Positions 52,004 through 64,000 of a stretch of DNA of 64,000 bases are shown in pieces. The stretch is from the NCBI GenBank assembly GCA_963811165.1, contig CAWEQH010000001.1, positions 128,001 through 192,000 of the forward strand, in the 5' to 3' direction. Position 1 is the first letter of the stretch. Every line of letters begins with the position of its first letter. The notes beneath the pieces are model-generated. The model did not search any database, was not told the DNA's origin, and was given only the letters and a program-made list of their open reading frames with translations. A program made the translations under genes and the position numbers. The DNA is from an uncultured Nitrospiraceae bacterium (GTDB lineage: Bacteria > Nitrospirota > Thermodesulfovibrionia > Thermodesulfovibrionales > UBA6898).

Positions 52004-52829
52004 TGATAGCCTCCTGTTTTTACGATGTTATCTATTGCCTTGACGGTGGTGAGGAGTTTTCCGACCTCATCCAATCTGATCATATTTGGTCCATCGCATA
52101 ACGCCCTTTTTGGCTCCGGGTGCACTTCAAGGAACAGTCCATCAACTCCTACCGCTACCGCAGCTCTCGCGAGCGGTTCGGCAAATTCCCGCTGCCCGCC
52201 CGAAGAACTCCCCAGACCACCAGGGAGCTGAATACTATGCGTAACATCGAAAATGACCGGAAAGCCGAATGCGCGCATGATGGGGAGTCCCCTGAAATCC
52301 ACAACGAGGTTATTGTATCCGAAAGCGTTGCCCCTTTCGGTAATAAAAAGGTTGAGATTTCCTGCGGAAGAAAATTTATCGATTATGTTTTTCACATCCC
52401 ACGGCGCAAGAAACTGTCCCTTCTTTATATTCACGGGTTTGCCCGTTTTTGACGCAGAAAGAATCAAATCGGTCTGTCTGCAGAGAAAGGCAGGTATCTG
52501 GAGGGCGTCAAGCACCTCCGAGGCCGGCCCTACCTCTTCGACTGAATGGACGTCGGATATTACCGGAATATCAAACTTGCTCCTGACATCTGAAAGTATT
52601 CTGAGCCCCTTCTCCATGCCAGGCCCCCGATAGGAGTCTATGGATGAGCGGTTAGCCTTGTCATAGGAGCTCTTAAAGACAAGAGGCAACCCGGCTTGGC
52701 CGCAGACCTGTTTGAGTTGCTCAGCAGTGTGGAAAACAACGTCTCCGGACTCTATGACACACGGCCCGGCAATGATAAGTGGAGGATGGCCGCTGCCAAA
52801 AACTACATCCCCTATCTTTATCTCCCTCG

Positions 52830-52833
<4 letters not shown>
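52000..52833 (-). CDS. kdsA: KDO 8-phosphate synthase
   Basis: [40 protein letters not shown]. Confidence 0.96.
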
Positions 52834-54489
<1,656 letters not shown>

Positions 54490-54511
<22 letters not shown>

Positions 54512-55249
54512 TTTTCTATCCTCTCCAGATCTTCCGGGGTATCGACCCCGACGGTTTCAAAAAAAGTTTCCCTTACCTTGACCCTGTACCCGTGCTCAAG
54601 CGCACGCAGTTGCTCGAGTTTTTCTATGATCTCAAGACTCGAAGGCTTAATTCTCGTGATTTTCTGAAGCACATCCCGGCGGTAACTGTATATGCCGATA
54701 TGCTTAAAAATAAACAGACCTGAAACGTCCGAGCCTAATTGTCCTTCGGTATTAAATAAGTCCCTGTGATAAGGAATAGGCGCCCTTGAAAAATAAAACG
54801 CAAAGCCCTCATTATCGAAAACGACTTTTACTACATTGGGGTCAAAAATTTCCCTGCGATCTGTCACCCTCTTAGCCAGCGTGCCTATGGAAGCTTCCCG
54901 GTCGTCCAACACCGATATCACGTCGTCGATCATGTCGGGTTCGATAAGGGGCTCGTCTCCCTGGACATTTACAATTATATCATAATCAAGCAGGGCCGCG
55001 GCTTCGGCGATCCTGTCTGTGCCCGAGGCGTGATCCACAGACGTCATCACCGCCTTGCCGCCGAAGGAAAGGACTTTTTCATAGATAATCTCACTGTCCG
55101 TTGCAACAATCACATCGTCTGCAAGACGCGAATGAAGAGAATTCTGATATACATGCTCGTATTACCGGTGTGCCTTGAAGGAGTGCAAGGGGCTTTCCCG
55201 GGAAACGGGTTGAGGAATAACGTGCGGGTATGAGTACAATCGCGGACAT
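54490..55249 (-). CDS. kdsB: CMP-KDO synthetase (frameshifted near 5' end)
   Basis: [14 protein letters not shown] at 55249, [24 protein letters not shown]. Confidence 0.92.
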
Positions 55250-55426
55250 GAATTTCTAATTATATAACATAATTATGGATTTTTTGACGAGGAAATTAAT
55301 AAAATAAGAAGATTTCGATTCCTGGGTTTAATCCAAGATAAATCTTGTATGACAGTAAGGGAATTATCTTTGCCGGGCTGTCTGAAATTATATGAAGGGA
55401 AAAAAATATTCCGAGGAGAAGATTGC

Positions 55427-57219
55427 ATGAACATGACTGCTAAAAATGAAAAACTGAAAAGCTGGATCAAAGAAGTCGCCGACATGTGCCAGCCTGACAG
55501 TATCTATTGGTGTAATGGAACTAAAGAAGAGTATGACCAGATGATGGCAAAGATGATTGCAGCCGGCAGCGCAACTGTGCTGAGGAAACGCTCCGGACAG
55601 TTTTCTTTTCCGTTCAGATCCGAGCGATGTAGCCCGCGTCGAGGACCGCACATTTATCAGTACTTCATCAAGAGATAATGCAGGGCCTACCAATAATTGG
55701 TTGGCCCCGGATGAACTCAAAAATACAATGAAGGGTCTTTATAGAGGATGTATGAAGGGCCGTACGATGTATGTGATCCCTTTTTCGATGGGGCCTATCG
55801 GCTTCTCCTATTTCGAAGATAGGCATTGAAGTGACGGACAGCCCGTACGTTGTATGCAACATGCATATGATGACCCGTGTGAGCTCCAGGATTTTGGAAA
55901 TGCTTTCTACGGATGGAGAATTTGTTCCCTGCCTGCATTCCGTCGGCGCTCCGCTGGCCGTGGGCGAGAAGGATGTGCCATGGCCGTGTGCTCCGATAGA
56001 AAAGCAAGTACATTAGTCATTTTCCCGAAGAGAACCTGATATGGTCTTATCGGTTCCGGATACGGCGGGAATGCCCTGCTGGGGAAGAAATGTCTGGCCC
56101 TGCGTATCGCTTCTGCTATGGCAAGGCGTGAAGGCTGGATGGCTGAACATATGCTTATTCTTCGTCTGACCAATCCCGAAGGGAAACAGTACCACATCGC
56201 CGCCGCCTTTCCGTCAGCCTGCGGAAAAACCAATCTGGCAATGATGCGTCCTACCATTCCCGGCTGGAAATGTGAATGCATCGGCGATGATATTGCCTGG
56301 ATGAAGATCGGGTCTGATGGACGACTTTATGCGATCAATCCGGAAAATGGTTTTTTCGGTGTCGCGCCCGGGACATCCTATGATACCAATCCTATGGCAA
56401 TGGAAACAGTGAAGGAAAATGTTATTTTTACCAACTGCGCCCTCACTGACGAGGGAGATGTCTGGTGGGAAGGTATGACTGATGAAGTGCCCGCACATCT
56501 CATTGACTGGAAGGGACGCGACTGGACCCCTACGCGCAAGGAAGAGGCCGCACATCCTAATGCCAGATTCACCGCCCCTGCGTCCCAGTGCCCTGTGATC
56601 TGCAAGGACTGGGAAGATCCTTCCGGCGTTCCCATTGATATTTTTATATTCGGCGGGCGGCGCAGCTGTGTAGTTCCCTCTGGTTTATGAGGCCTATAAC
56701 TGGGACCACGGCGTTTTTCTCGGTGCAACTGCCGCCTCGGAGACTACTTCCGCAAATATCGGGGCTGTGGGTAATCTGCGGCGGGATCCTTTCGCAATGA
56801 AGCCTTTTTGCGGCTACAATATGGGAGACTATTTCAGGCATTGGCTGGACATGGGAGATAGGCTTGGAGATAAGGCCCCAAGAATCTTTTATGTAAACTG
56901 GTTTCGCAAGAGCCAGGATGGCATGTTTTTATGGCCTGGGTTCAGCGACAACAGCAGGGTGTTGAAGTGGATGTGTGAGCGAATTGAGGGCAAGGTCAAA
57001 GCCAAAAAAACACCGATAGGCTTAATGCCTGATGATGGTGACTCTGGACCTTCCGGCCTCGAAATATCCAACGAAAACATGAAGGAGCTGATGAGCGTTG
57101 ACAACGGGGAATGGTACGCTGAAATACCCGACATCAAAAGGCACTTTGCGGAATTCGGAGACCGTTTGCCGGAAAGGCTTGGCCGCCAACTTCAGGAACT
57201 GAAAAAGCGTCTTGGATAA
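55427..57219 (+). CDS. pckG: GTP-dependent PEP carboxykinase (several apparent frameshifts)
   Basis: [58 protein letters not shown]. Confidence 0.92.
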
Positions 57220-57388
57220 ATACGCAGATTTTTCAGAGACCGGGCAATTCGTGTTCGAAATAACTAATTCTTAGACGAACAATGTAACCACAGAGACACG
57301 GAGAACGCGGAGTACCCTGTGCAAGACAAGAATTTTTCTGATGCGTGGGTGTCTCGGCGGTCTGCATTTTTCACATCGACCAAATTGA

Positions 57389-59155
57389 ATGGAAAAGTTA
57401 AGACCCAGGAAAACATTAGTTAACGTTTTGCGTGTGGTGTATGCCCACATGAAAAGCACCGACGGAGGCGATCTGTATCTCACGCGGTTTGCCGAACCTT
57501 ACCTGGAGCATTTTCAGGTCGACAACTGGTATGAAAAAACGTGGTTCAATGCGCACAAGGTCAGACTGATAGGGACAAGTTCTGTATACAAAGTACCCAC
57601 CAAGGAGATTAATGGAAAGAGGCTTGATCTTGTGGTAAAAAACTGCAGGGTTGGAGAAGATGTTCCTATAGAGACCCATACGTTACAAGAGTTTTGTGAC
57701 GCTGAGTTCAACAGCCCCTGGGAGGAATTTTCTTTGGTCATGGAAATGAAGGAAGGCTCCTATGGTCCAAAGGAGATGAAGGTTAAGACCCAACGTCCTC
57801 TGGCCATCTACGTTCCCCCGGAAAGGATGCAACCGTGGCAGAGCGGAAGGTCCCGCTCGAAGATAAATAGGATACACGCAAAACATCCGGGCATTGACCT
57901 GGACATACTGAAGCAATACAAGCTGATTTACGAGTGGATAGAGGGGAAAACCATTGCGGAAGTGTTCGAACACATTGATATCAACGATGATGAAATTGTG
58001 AAACATCTTAAGGTGATCAATTACAAAGTCCTCTCGGATCTTGGCAAAAAAGGATATCTGGTTGCCGATATGAAACCGGAACATATTATTATCAGTGATG
58101 CCGATACCATGCTGGTTGAAGAGATCGGCCGCTCTGAAGATAGCACCGATACGCCCGGGACGCAGGTTGCCTTTTTATATCAACTGATCAACGAAGGTAA
58201 ATACTCGGTAATTGACTATGAACTTCTCCTGCGGACCGCCGAGCATGAAAGCGAGGTCAAAGAGTCCAGAAGGCATTCGTATCTGGATGATCAACGCGAC
58301 CGGTTCAATCCTACTTCGCTGCCGGCCCATTTGACGAGGATGGAGATAATGGGAGTGCCTTACATATATGGGCATGCGGAAAGCACCGGCGGCCGATTAT
58401 GGGTGGTAGGAAGGAATGCACGTTTGTTTGATTATTTTCTCCCGGAGAGATGGAGGAAGACCCCTTCCCTGAGGTTGTCCGATTCAAAGGAAGTATTTTA
58501 TACGATAACGAAGGACAACATACACCTGGTATGGGAAACTTCGCGCGTGGGCGAATTCCCCGATGAGAAAGACGGTGGCAGCGACGATCCCAAGATCCGT
58601 GAGTATGGCATGAACAGTCCTTTTGAAGAGTTTGCCATTGCCCATATGCTGAATGAACTCGGGATACCGACGGTCTATGTAAGGGCCATATATATGACAG
58701 GCACTGAAAAGATAGAATATTCAATCGATGTGAGAAGGTATGAATCGCATAAGCATATCCTTGATCCGGAGGGTAATCCTATTCTTCAGGAGAAGCATAA
58801 CTACATTACGATTCGGGGTTATTATAATGGCCCTGATCATTCGGTCGCCGAACAGGGTCCCCTCTATACGCCGGTAGATCTTTCCAGGGCCGTCTATCAG
58901 GGGATAATCGATGAATCCAGGTGCCGGCTGTTTCTAAACAGGGTAAAAGAGAAGTTAAAGAAGGCCGGCTATGACGGGTCTTTATTAAAGGCAAACGACA
59001 TGTTACTGGCTGTTGACAGTGACGGAAGGATTATGAATAATAGTTTCGGCGAACCGGAAGTCATCCTATGTAATTTCGAACTTGTCTGGAAGATGCCCGA
59101 TTCCGCCGGATCCCCCCAGTGCGCCTGTCATTGCGAAGATATAAAGGAACGTTGA
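57389..59155 (+). CDS. Hypothetical protein with tandem kinase-like domains
   Basis: 588 aa; repeated RVGE...NSP(W/F)EEF blocks; ADMKPEH...IDYE in the first half. Confidence 0.75.
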   Translation: MEKLRPRKTLVNVLRVVYAHMKSTDGGDLYLTRFAEPYLEHFQVDNWYEKTWFNAHKVRLIGTSSVYKVPTKEINGKRLDLVVKNCRVGEDVPIETHTLQEFCDAEFNSPWEEFSLVMEMKEGSYGPKEMKVKTQRPLAIYVPPERMQPWQSGRSRSKINRIHAKHPGIDLDILKQYKLIYEWIEGKTIAEVFEHIDINDDEIVKHLKVINYKVLSDLGKKGYLVADMKPEHIIISDADTMLVEEIGRSEDSTDTPGTQVAFLYQLINEGKYSVIDYELLLRTAEHESEVKESRRHSYLDDQRDRFNPTSLPAHLTRMEIMGVPYIYGHAESTGGRLWVVGRNARLFDYFLPERWRKTPSLRLSDSKEVFYTITKDNIHLVWETSRVGEFPDEKDGGSDDPKIREYGMNSPFEEFAIAHMLNELGIPTVYVRAIYMTGTEKIEYSIDVRRYESHKHILDPEGNPILQEKHNYITIRGYYNGPDHSVAEQGPLYTPVDLSRAVYQGIIDESRCRLFLNRVKEKLKKAGYDGSLLKANDMLLAVDSDGRIMNNSFGEPEVILCNFELVWKMPDSAGSPQCACHCEDIKER

Positions 59156-59201
59156 CCTGGATCGCCCTGGTTATCTGAGAGATGTTTGAAGGATAAGATA
59201 T

Positions 59202-59870
59202 TTGGAAAACGCCGACACCATAAGACATTTACTGATATCTGCGCTGCCTATCTTGATAGCGATAACTTTTCATGAGGTTTCGCATGGGTTTGTGGCGTAT
59301 AAGCTCGGAGACCCCACCGCCAAGATGCTTGGCAGGCTAACGCTTAATCCTCTTGTGCATATCGATATTTTCGGGACGATCATACTGCCCATAATGCTGA
59401 TTGTCTTGACTGACGGACGTTTTGTCTTCGGATACGCAAAACCTGTTCCCATAAATCCGATGAACTTCAAAAATCCCAGAAAGGACATGGCGATATCAGC
59501 TGCAGCCGGACCTGTCACGAACATTTTGCTGGCTGTCCTCAGTTTCTTAATATGGAAGATGGTGTTGACGCCTTTGGCTGGAGTTTCTCCTGAAGCGGTC
59601 GCCGATAAAGTGCTCAGGCCGCTCACTCTAATATTTCAGGCAGGCATTGTTATAAACGTTGTCCTCGCATCGTTTAACATGATCCCGATACCTCCGTTGG
59701 ATGGAGGAAGGGTGTTGACAGGCCTCCTTCCTTACAAACAGGCTGCTACATTCAGCAGGATAGAGCCTTTCGGGTTCATAATCGTGCTTATTCTCATTTA
59801 TAGCGGAATGGCAAATTACATCATTATGCCTTTTATTGTGTTTTTTCTAAAATTATTTCAAATTTATTAA
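59202..59870 (+). CDS. Site-2 protease (M50) family protein
   Basis: HEVSH, AGP, FNMIPIPPLDG. Confidence 0.92.
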   Translation: MENADTIRHLLISALPILIAITFHEVSHGFVAYKLGDPTAKMLGRLTLNPLVHIDIFGTIILPIMLIVLTDGRFVFGYAKPVPINPMNFKNPRKDMAISAAAGPVTNILLAVLSFLIWKMVLTPLAGVSPEAVADKVLRPLTLIFQAGIVINVVLASFNMIPIPPLDGGRVLTGLLPYKQAATFSRIEPFGFIIVLILIYSGMANYIIMPFIVFFLKLFQIY

Positions 59871-59878
59871 GGAAGGCT

Positions 59879-60865
59879 ATGGCAAAAGAACGGGTATTAA
59901 GCGGCATGCAGGCAAGCGGCAGGGTCCACTTGGGAAATCTTGTCGGAGCTCTTCAAAACTGGGTAAGACTACAAGACAGATACGATTGCTATTATTTCGT
60001 CGCCGACTGGCACGCCCTTACGACGGGTTATGCCAACCCTGCCGCTATTCGCGAGTCTGTAACGGATTTGCTGGTCAACTTCCTGGCCGTCGGTCTTGAT
60101 CCTGAGAAATGCACCATATTTACGCAGTCACGGATTCTTGAGCATGCGGAGTTGCATCTTCTCTTATCGATGATAACCCCTCTGGGCTGGCTCGAACGGG
60201 TTCCCACGTATAAGGAAAAGCAGCAGGAACTGAAGGACAGAGACCTTGCCACATATGGGTTCCTCGGCTATCCGCTCCTTCAGACGGCAGACATCATCAT
60301 CTACAGGGCAAAGCATGTTCCTGTCGGCGTAGATCAGGTGCCCCACCTTGAGATCTCGAGAGAAATCGCACGGAGGTTCAACAACCTTTATGGTGAGGTC
60401 TTCCCCGAGCCCGAGGCCCTGCTGACGGAATTTCCTAAGGTCCCTGGGGTAGACGGCAGAAAGATGTCCAAGAGTTACGATAATGCGATATATCTTTCGG
60501 ACAGTCCAAAGGAGGTCGAACATAAGATCAAAACAATGGCCACTGACCCCGCAAGGATCAGACGCACCGACCGCGGAAATCCGGATCTCTCCCCGGTCCA
60601 TCAGCTGCATAAGATCTTCTCCACAAAGGAAGAGCAGGGCTATGTTGCGGAAGGCTGTCGCACCGCTGGTATTGGCTGCATCGACTGCAAGAAGATACTC
60701 ATCAAAAACGTTTTCAAGGTGCTTGAACCTATATGGGCAAAAAGAGACGAACTTATCAAAAACCCCGATATCCTCCATGAAATAGTTAATAAAGGGAACG
60801 ATAAGGCGAGAAAAGTCTGCCAGGAGACGATGGCCCTTGTGCGAAAAGCCATGGGATTTTACTAA
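59879..60865 (+). CDS. trpS: Tryptophanyl-tRNA synthetase
   Basis: HLGN, YP.LQ.ADI, VPVG.DQ, KMSKS. Confidence 0.96.
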   Translation: MAKERVLSGMQASGRVHLGNLVGALQNWVRLQDRYDCYYFVADWHALTTGYANPAAIRESVTDLLVNFLAVGLDPEKCTIFTQSRILEHAELHLLLSMITPLGWLERVPTYKEKQQELKDRDLATYGFLGYPLLQTADIIIYRAKHVPVGVDQVPHLEISREIARRFNNLYGEVFPEPEALLTEFPKVPGVDGRKMSKSYDNAIYLSDSPKEVEHKIKTMATDPARIRRTDRGNPDLSPVHQLHKIFSTKEEQGYVAEGCRTAGIGCIDCKKILIKNVFKVLEPIWAKRDELIKNPDILHEIVNKGNDKARKVCQETMALVRKAMGFY

Positions 60866-60881
60866 AGAGATTTATCATAGC

Positions 60882-61121
60882 CTATAAAGCCACTCTTTGC
60901 TTCCTGAAGTCTTCCCTTTTCTTGGCTGTCTTCACTTCCAGTGAATCCGCCGGAGAAACATTTATCTCCGCTTCCAGTATTTTCTTTACTAAATCAAGTT
61001 CCGCATATTCCTTTCTTATTATCTCCCATGCTTGAAGAGTCCTAATGGCATCCCGGAAAAACATTCTTTCTGTTAATGAAAGTTCGAGCGCCTGCATCTT
61101 CCAGAATTTGGCGAATCTCAT
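60882..61121 (-). CDS. Hypothetical protein
   Basis: 79-aa ORF with AAGGGGGG SD-like sequence. Confidence 0.5.
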   Translation of the reverse strand: MRFAKFWKMQALELSLTERMFFRDAIRTLQAWEIIRKEYAELDLVKKILEAEINVSPADSLEVKTAKKREDFRKQRVAL

Positions 61122-61239
61122 ACTTCCCCCCCTTTTCGATTATGAAACACTCTCTTCAGACTATCCTATTAGTCATGCATATTCCGTAATCCGTATCACA
61201 TAATCGAGCAGTTGCCTTGAGCCGGCGACAATTCAATAA

Positions 61240-62643
<1,404 letters not shown>

Positions 62644-62651
62644 GTGTGCAA

Positions 62652-62831
62652 ATGGAAGACTCTCACGAAAAGTTGGTAAAGACCTCTATTTACCTTGAAG
62701 AAGAGGTCAAAGAGGCCCTCGAGGAAGCTGCACGGGAACTAGCGAAAGAGACCGGAAAGAAGTGGTCGCAGGGAGCGGTTATCAGATTGGCGTTGAGCGA
62801 TTTTTTTACTAGACGGGGCAGGCTTCTTTGA
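62652..62831 (+). CDS. Small ribbon-helix-helix-like protein
   Basis: KTSIYL....K..L...A......SQGAVIRLAL. Confidence 0.65.
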   Translation: MEDSHEKLVKTSIYLEEEVKEALEEAARELAKETGKKWSQGAVIRLALSDFFTRRGRLL

Positions 62832-63682
62832 CCCTTCAGGGGTTTGTTGATCTTCACATCCACGGGACAGATAAATTCGATACCCGCACGGGGGAGCCCT
62901 CCCACATCAGAAAAATTGCTGAAATACACGGACGTGCGGGCACCGGAGCTATTTTACCGACCATCTATCCAGCATCTCTCCCTGAGATGAGAAAGAACAT
63001 GCAAGCAGTCAGGAAGGCTATCGGGATGCATAAGGGGGATGATAACGCAGCGCGCATTCTCGGAGTCCATCTCGAAGGGCCGTTTCTAAACCCGTCAAGA
63101 TGCGGTGCGCTCGATAAAGGTTCTTTTATAAAGCCTTCGATTTCATCTTTCAGGAAATTGCTGTCGGGATTTGAAGATATGGTTAAGATAATGACTATTG
63201 CCCCCGAAATTCCTGGAGCACTGAAGGTAATTGCGCGCTGCCGGGAATTGGGTATAAAGGTGAATATGGGTCATTCGGATGCCACTTACGAGGAAGCTAT
63301 CAGGGGCAAGAATGCGGGAGCAACTGGAATTACTCACCTTTTTAATGCCATGAGGCCTTTTCATCAGAGAGAGCCGGGACTTGTGGGTCTGGGACTTATC
63401 GATGAAGATTTATATATTGAAGTCATTGCGGACGGCTTTCACCTTCATCCTATCACCTTGGAATTGATATTTAACAGAAAATGCCTCAATAAGATTATTA
63501 TTGTGTCGGACTCGGTTAAGGGCGCTAAAAGAGCTCATCCTACGGTTAAAAAAGGCATTTTGGCCGGCAGCGGAATAACTCTCGTGGACTCATTCAGGGT
63601 TCTTAAGAATATCGGCGTTCCGAAACCTCAGATTGACAAGACGGCGATAGACAACCCCAAAAGATATCTTGCCTTACAATAA
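62828..63682 (+). CDS. nagA: N-acetylglucosamine-6-phosphate deacetylase (short form)
   Basis: GFVDLHIHG, HLEGPF, APE, GHSDA, THLFNAM, DGFH. Confidence 0.88.
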   Translation: MTLQGFVDLHIHGTDKFDTRTGEPSHIRKIAEIHGRAGTGAILPTIYPASLPEMRKNMQAVRKAIGMHKGDDNAARILGVHLEGPFLNPSRCGALDKGSFIKPSISSFRKLLSGFEDMVKIMTIAPEIPGALKVIARCRELGIKVNMGHSDATYEEAIRGKNAGATGITHLFNAMRPFHQREPGLVGLGLIDEDLYIEVIADGFHLHPITLELIFNRKCLNKIIIVSDSVKGAKRAHPTVKKGILAGSGITLVDSFRVLKNIGVPKPQIDKTAIDNPKRYLALQ

Positions 63683-64000
63683 TTCCGTTTCTTTTTCGCT
63701 GTAGGACAAATACTTACAGGGCAGATGGAATATCTGCTACAAAAAAATCAGATTTATACTGATATTTTTATATTTTTTACCGCGGTATCTTACTAGAAGA
63801 GCGATGAATGATGGGTTATTCATGATCGCATGAAAGGAGAAGGATTATGCCGAGTTGTCAGGTGAGGACGATTTTGAGGGGTATTCCGACGCTTTACCGA
63901 GTGGACCCAGCCCCGGTCAAAATAGCCCAGCAGAGTGAGAAAAAGAGAAATGGCTCAAAAAAGAACCCTAAGATTGTTCACGGGAAAAAGCTTGCTGCCC

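Noticed and set aside
57286..57312. AACCACAGAGACACGGAGAACGCGGAG short repeat-like motif
   Set aside because: Resembles a dispersed intergenic repeat but occurs once in the window, so it cannot be supported
63847..64000. Open frames running off the right edge
   Set aside because: Too short to identify; start ambiguous (63847 vs 63949)

Overview
Chromosomal origin region of an anaerobic, Gram-negative bacterium. Gene content and order look like a Nitrospirota (Thermodesulfovibrionia-like) genome, which is an inference. Housekeeping content: pgk, speD, hisD-hisG, dnaA-dnaN-gyrB, oriC, kdsC-pgsA-plsY, queC, selA/selB, parS-parA-parB, a peptidoglycan-recycling cluster, kdsB-pyrG-kdsA-kdsD, GTP-PEPCK, trpS, serS, nagA and a PerR-type redox cluster. 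Between about 18.4 and 29.7 kb, abutting the 3' end of gyrB (a diverged gyrB 3' copy sits at 27185-27373), lies an accessory island. It carries an intact four-gene ubiquitination-like operon (Ubl, Ser-type E2, JAB/JAMM peptidase, ThiF E1). Divergent from that operon is a decayed sigma-like / 'FRN' / IrrE-protease regulatory trio. The island also has an AT-rich HTH-small protein-dCTP deaminase cassette, TA remnants, IS21-ended and TA-ended MITEs, and an IS1634 splitting a Bro-N gene. Clustered frameshifts in essential genes (gyrB, dnaN, dnaA, pyrG, kdsB) most likely reflect sequencing or assembly indels. All family assignments are by motif recognition, not database search.
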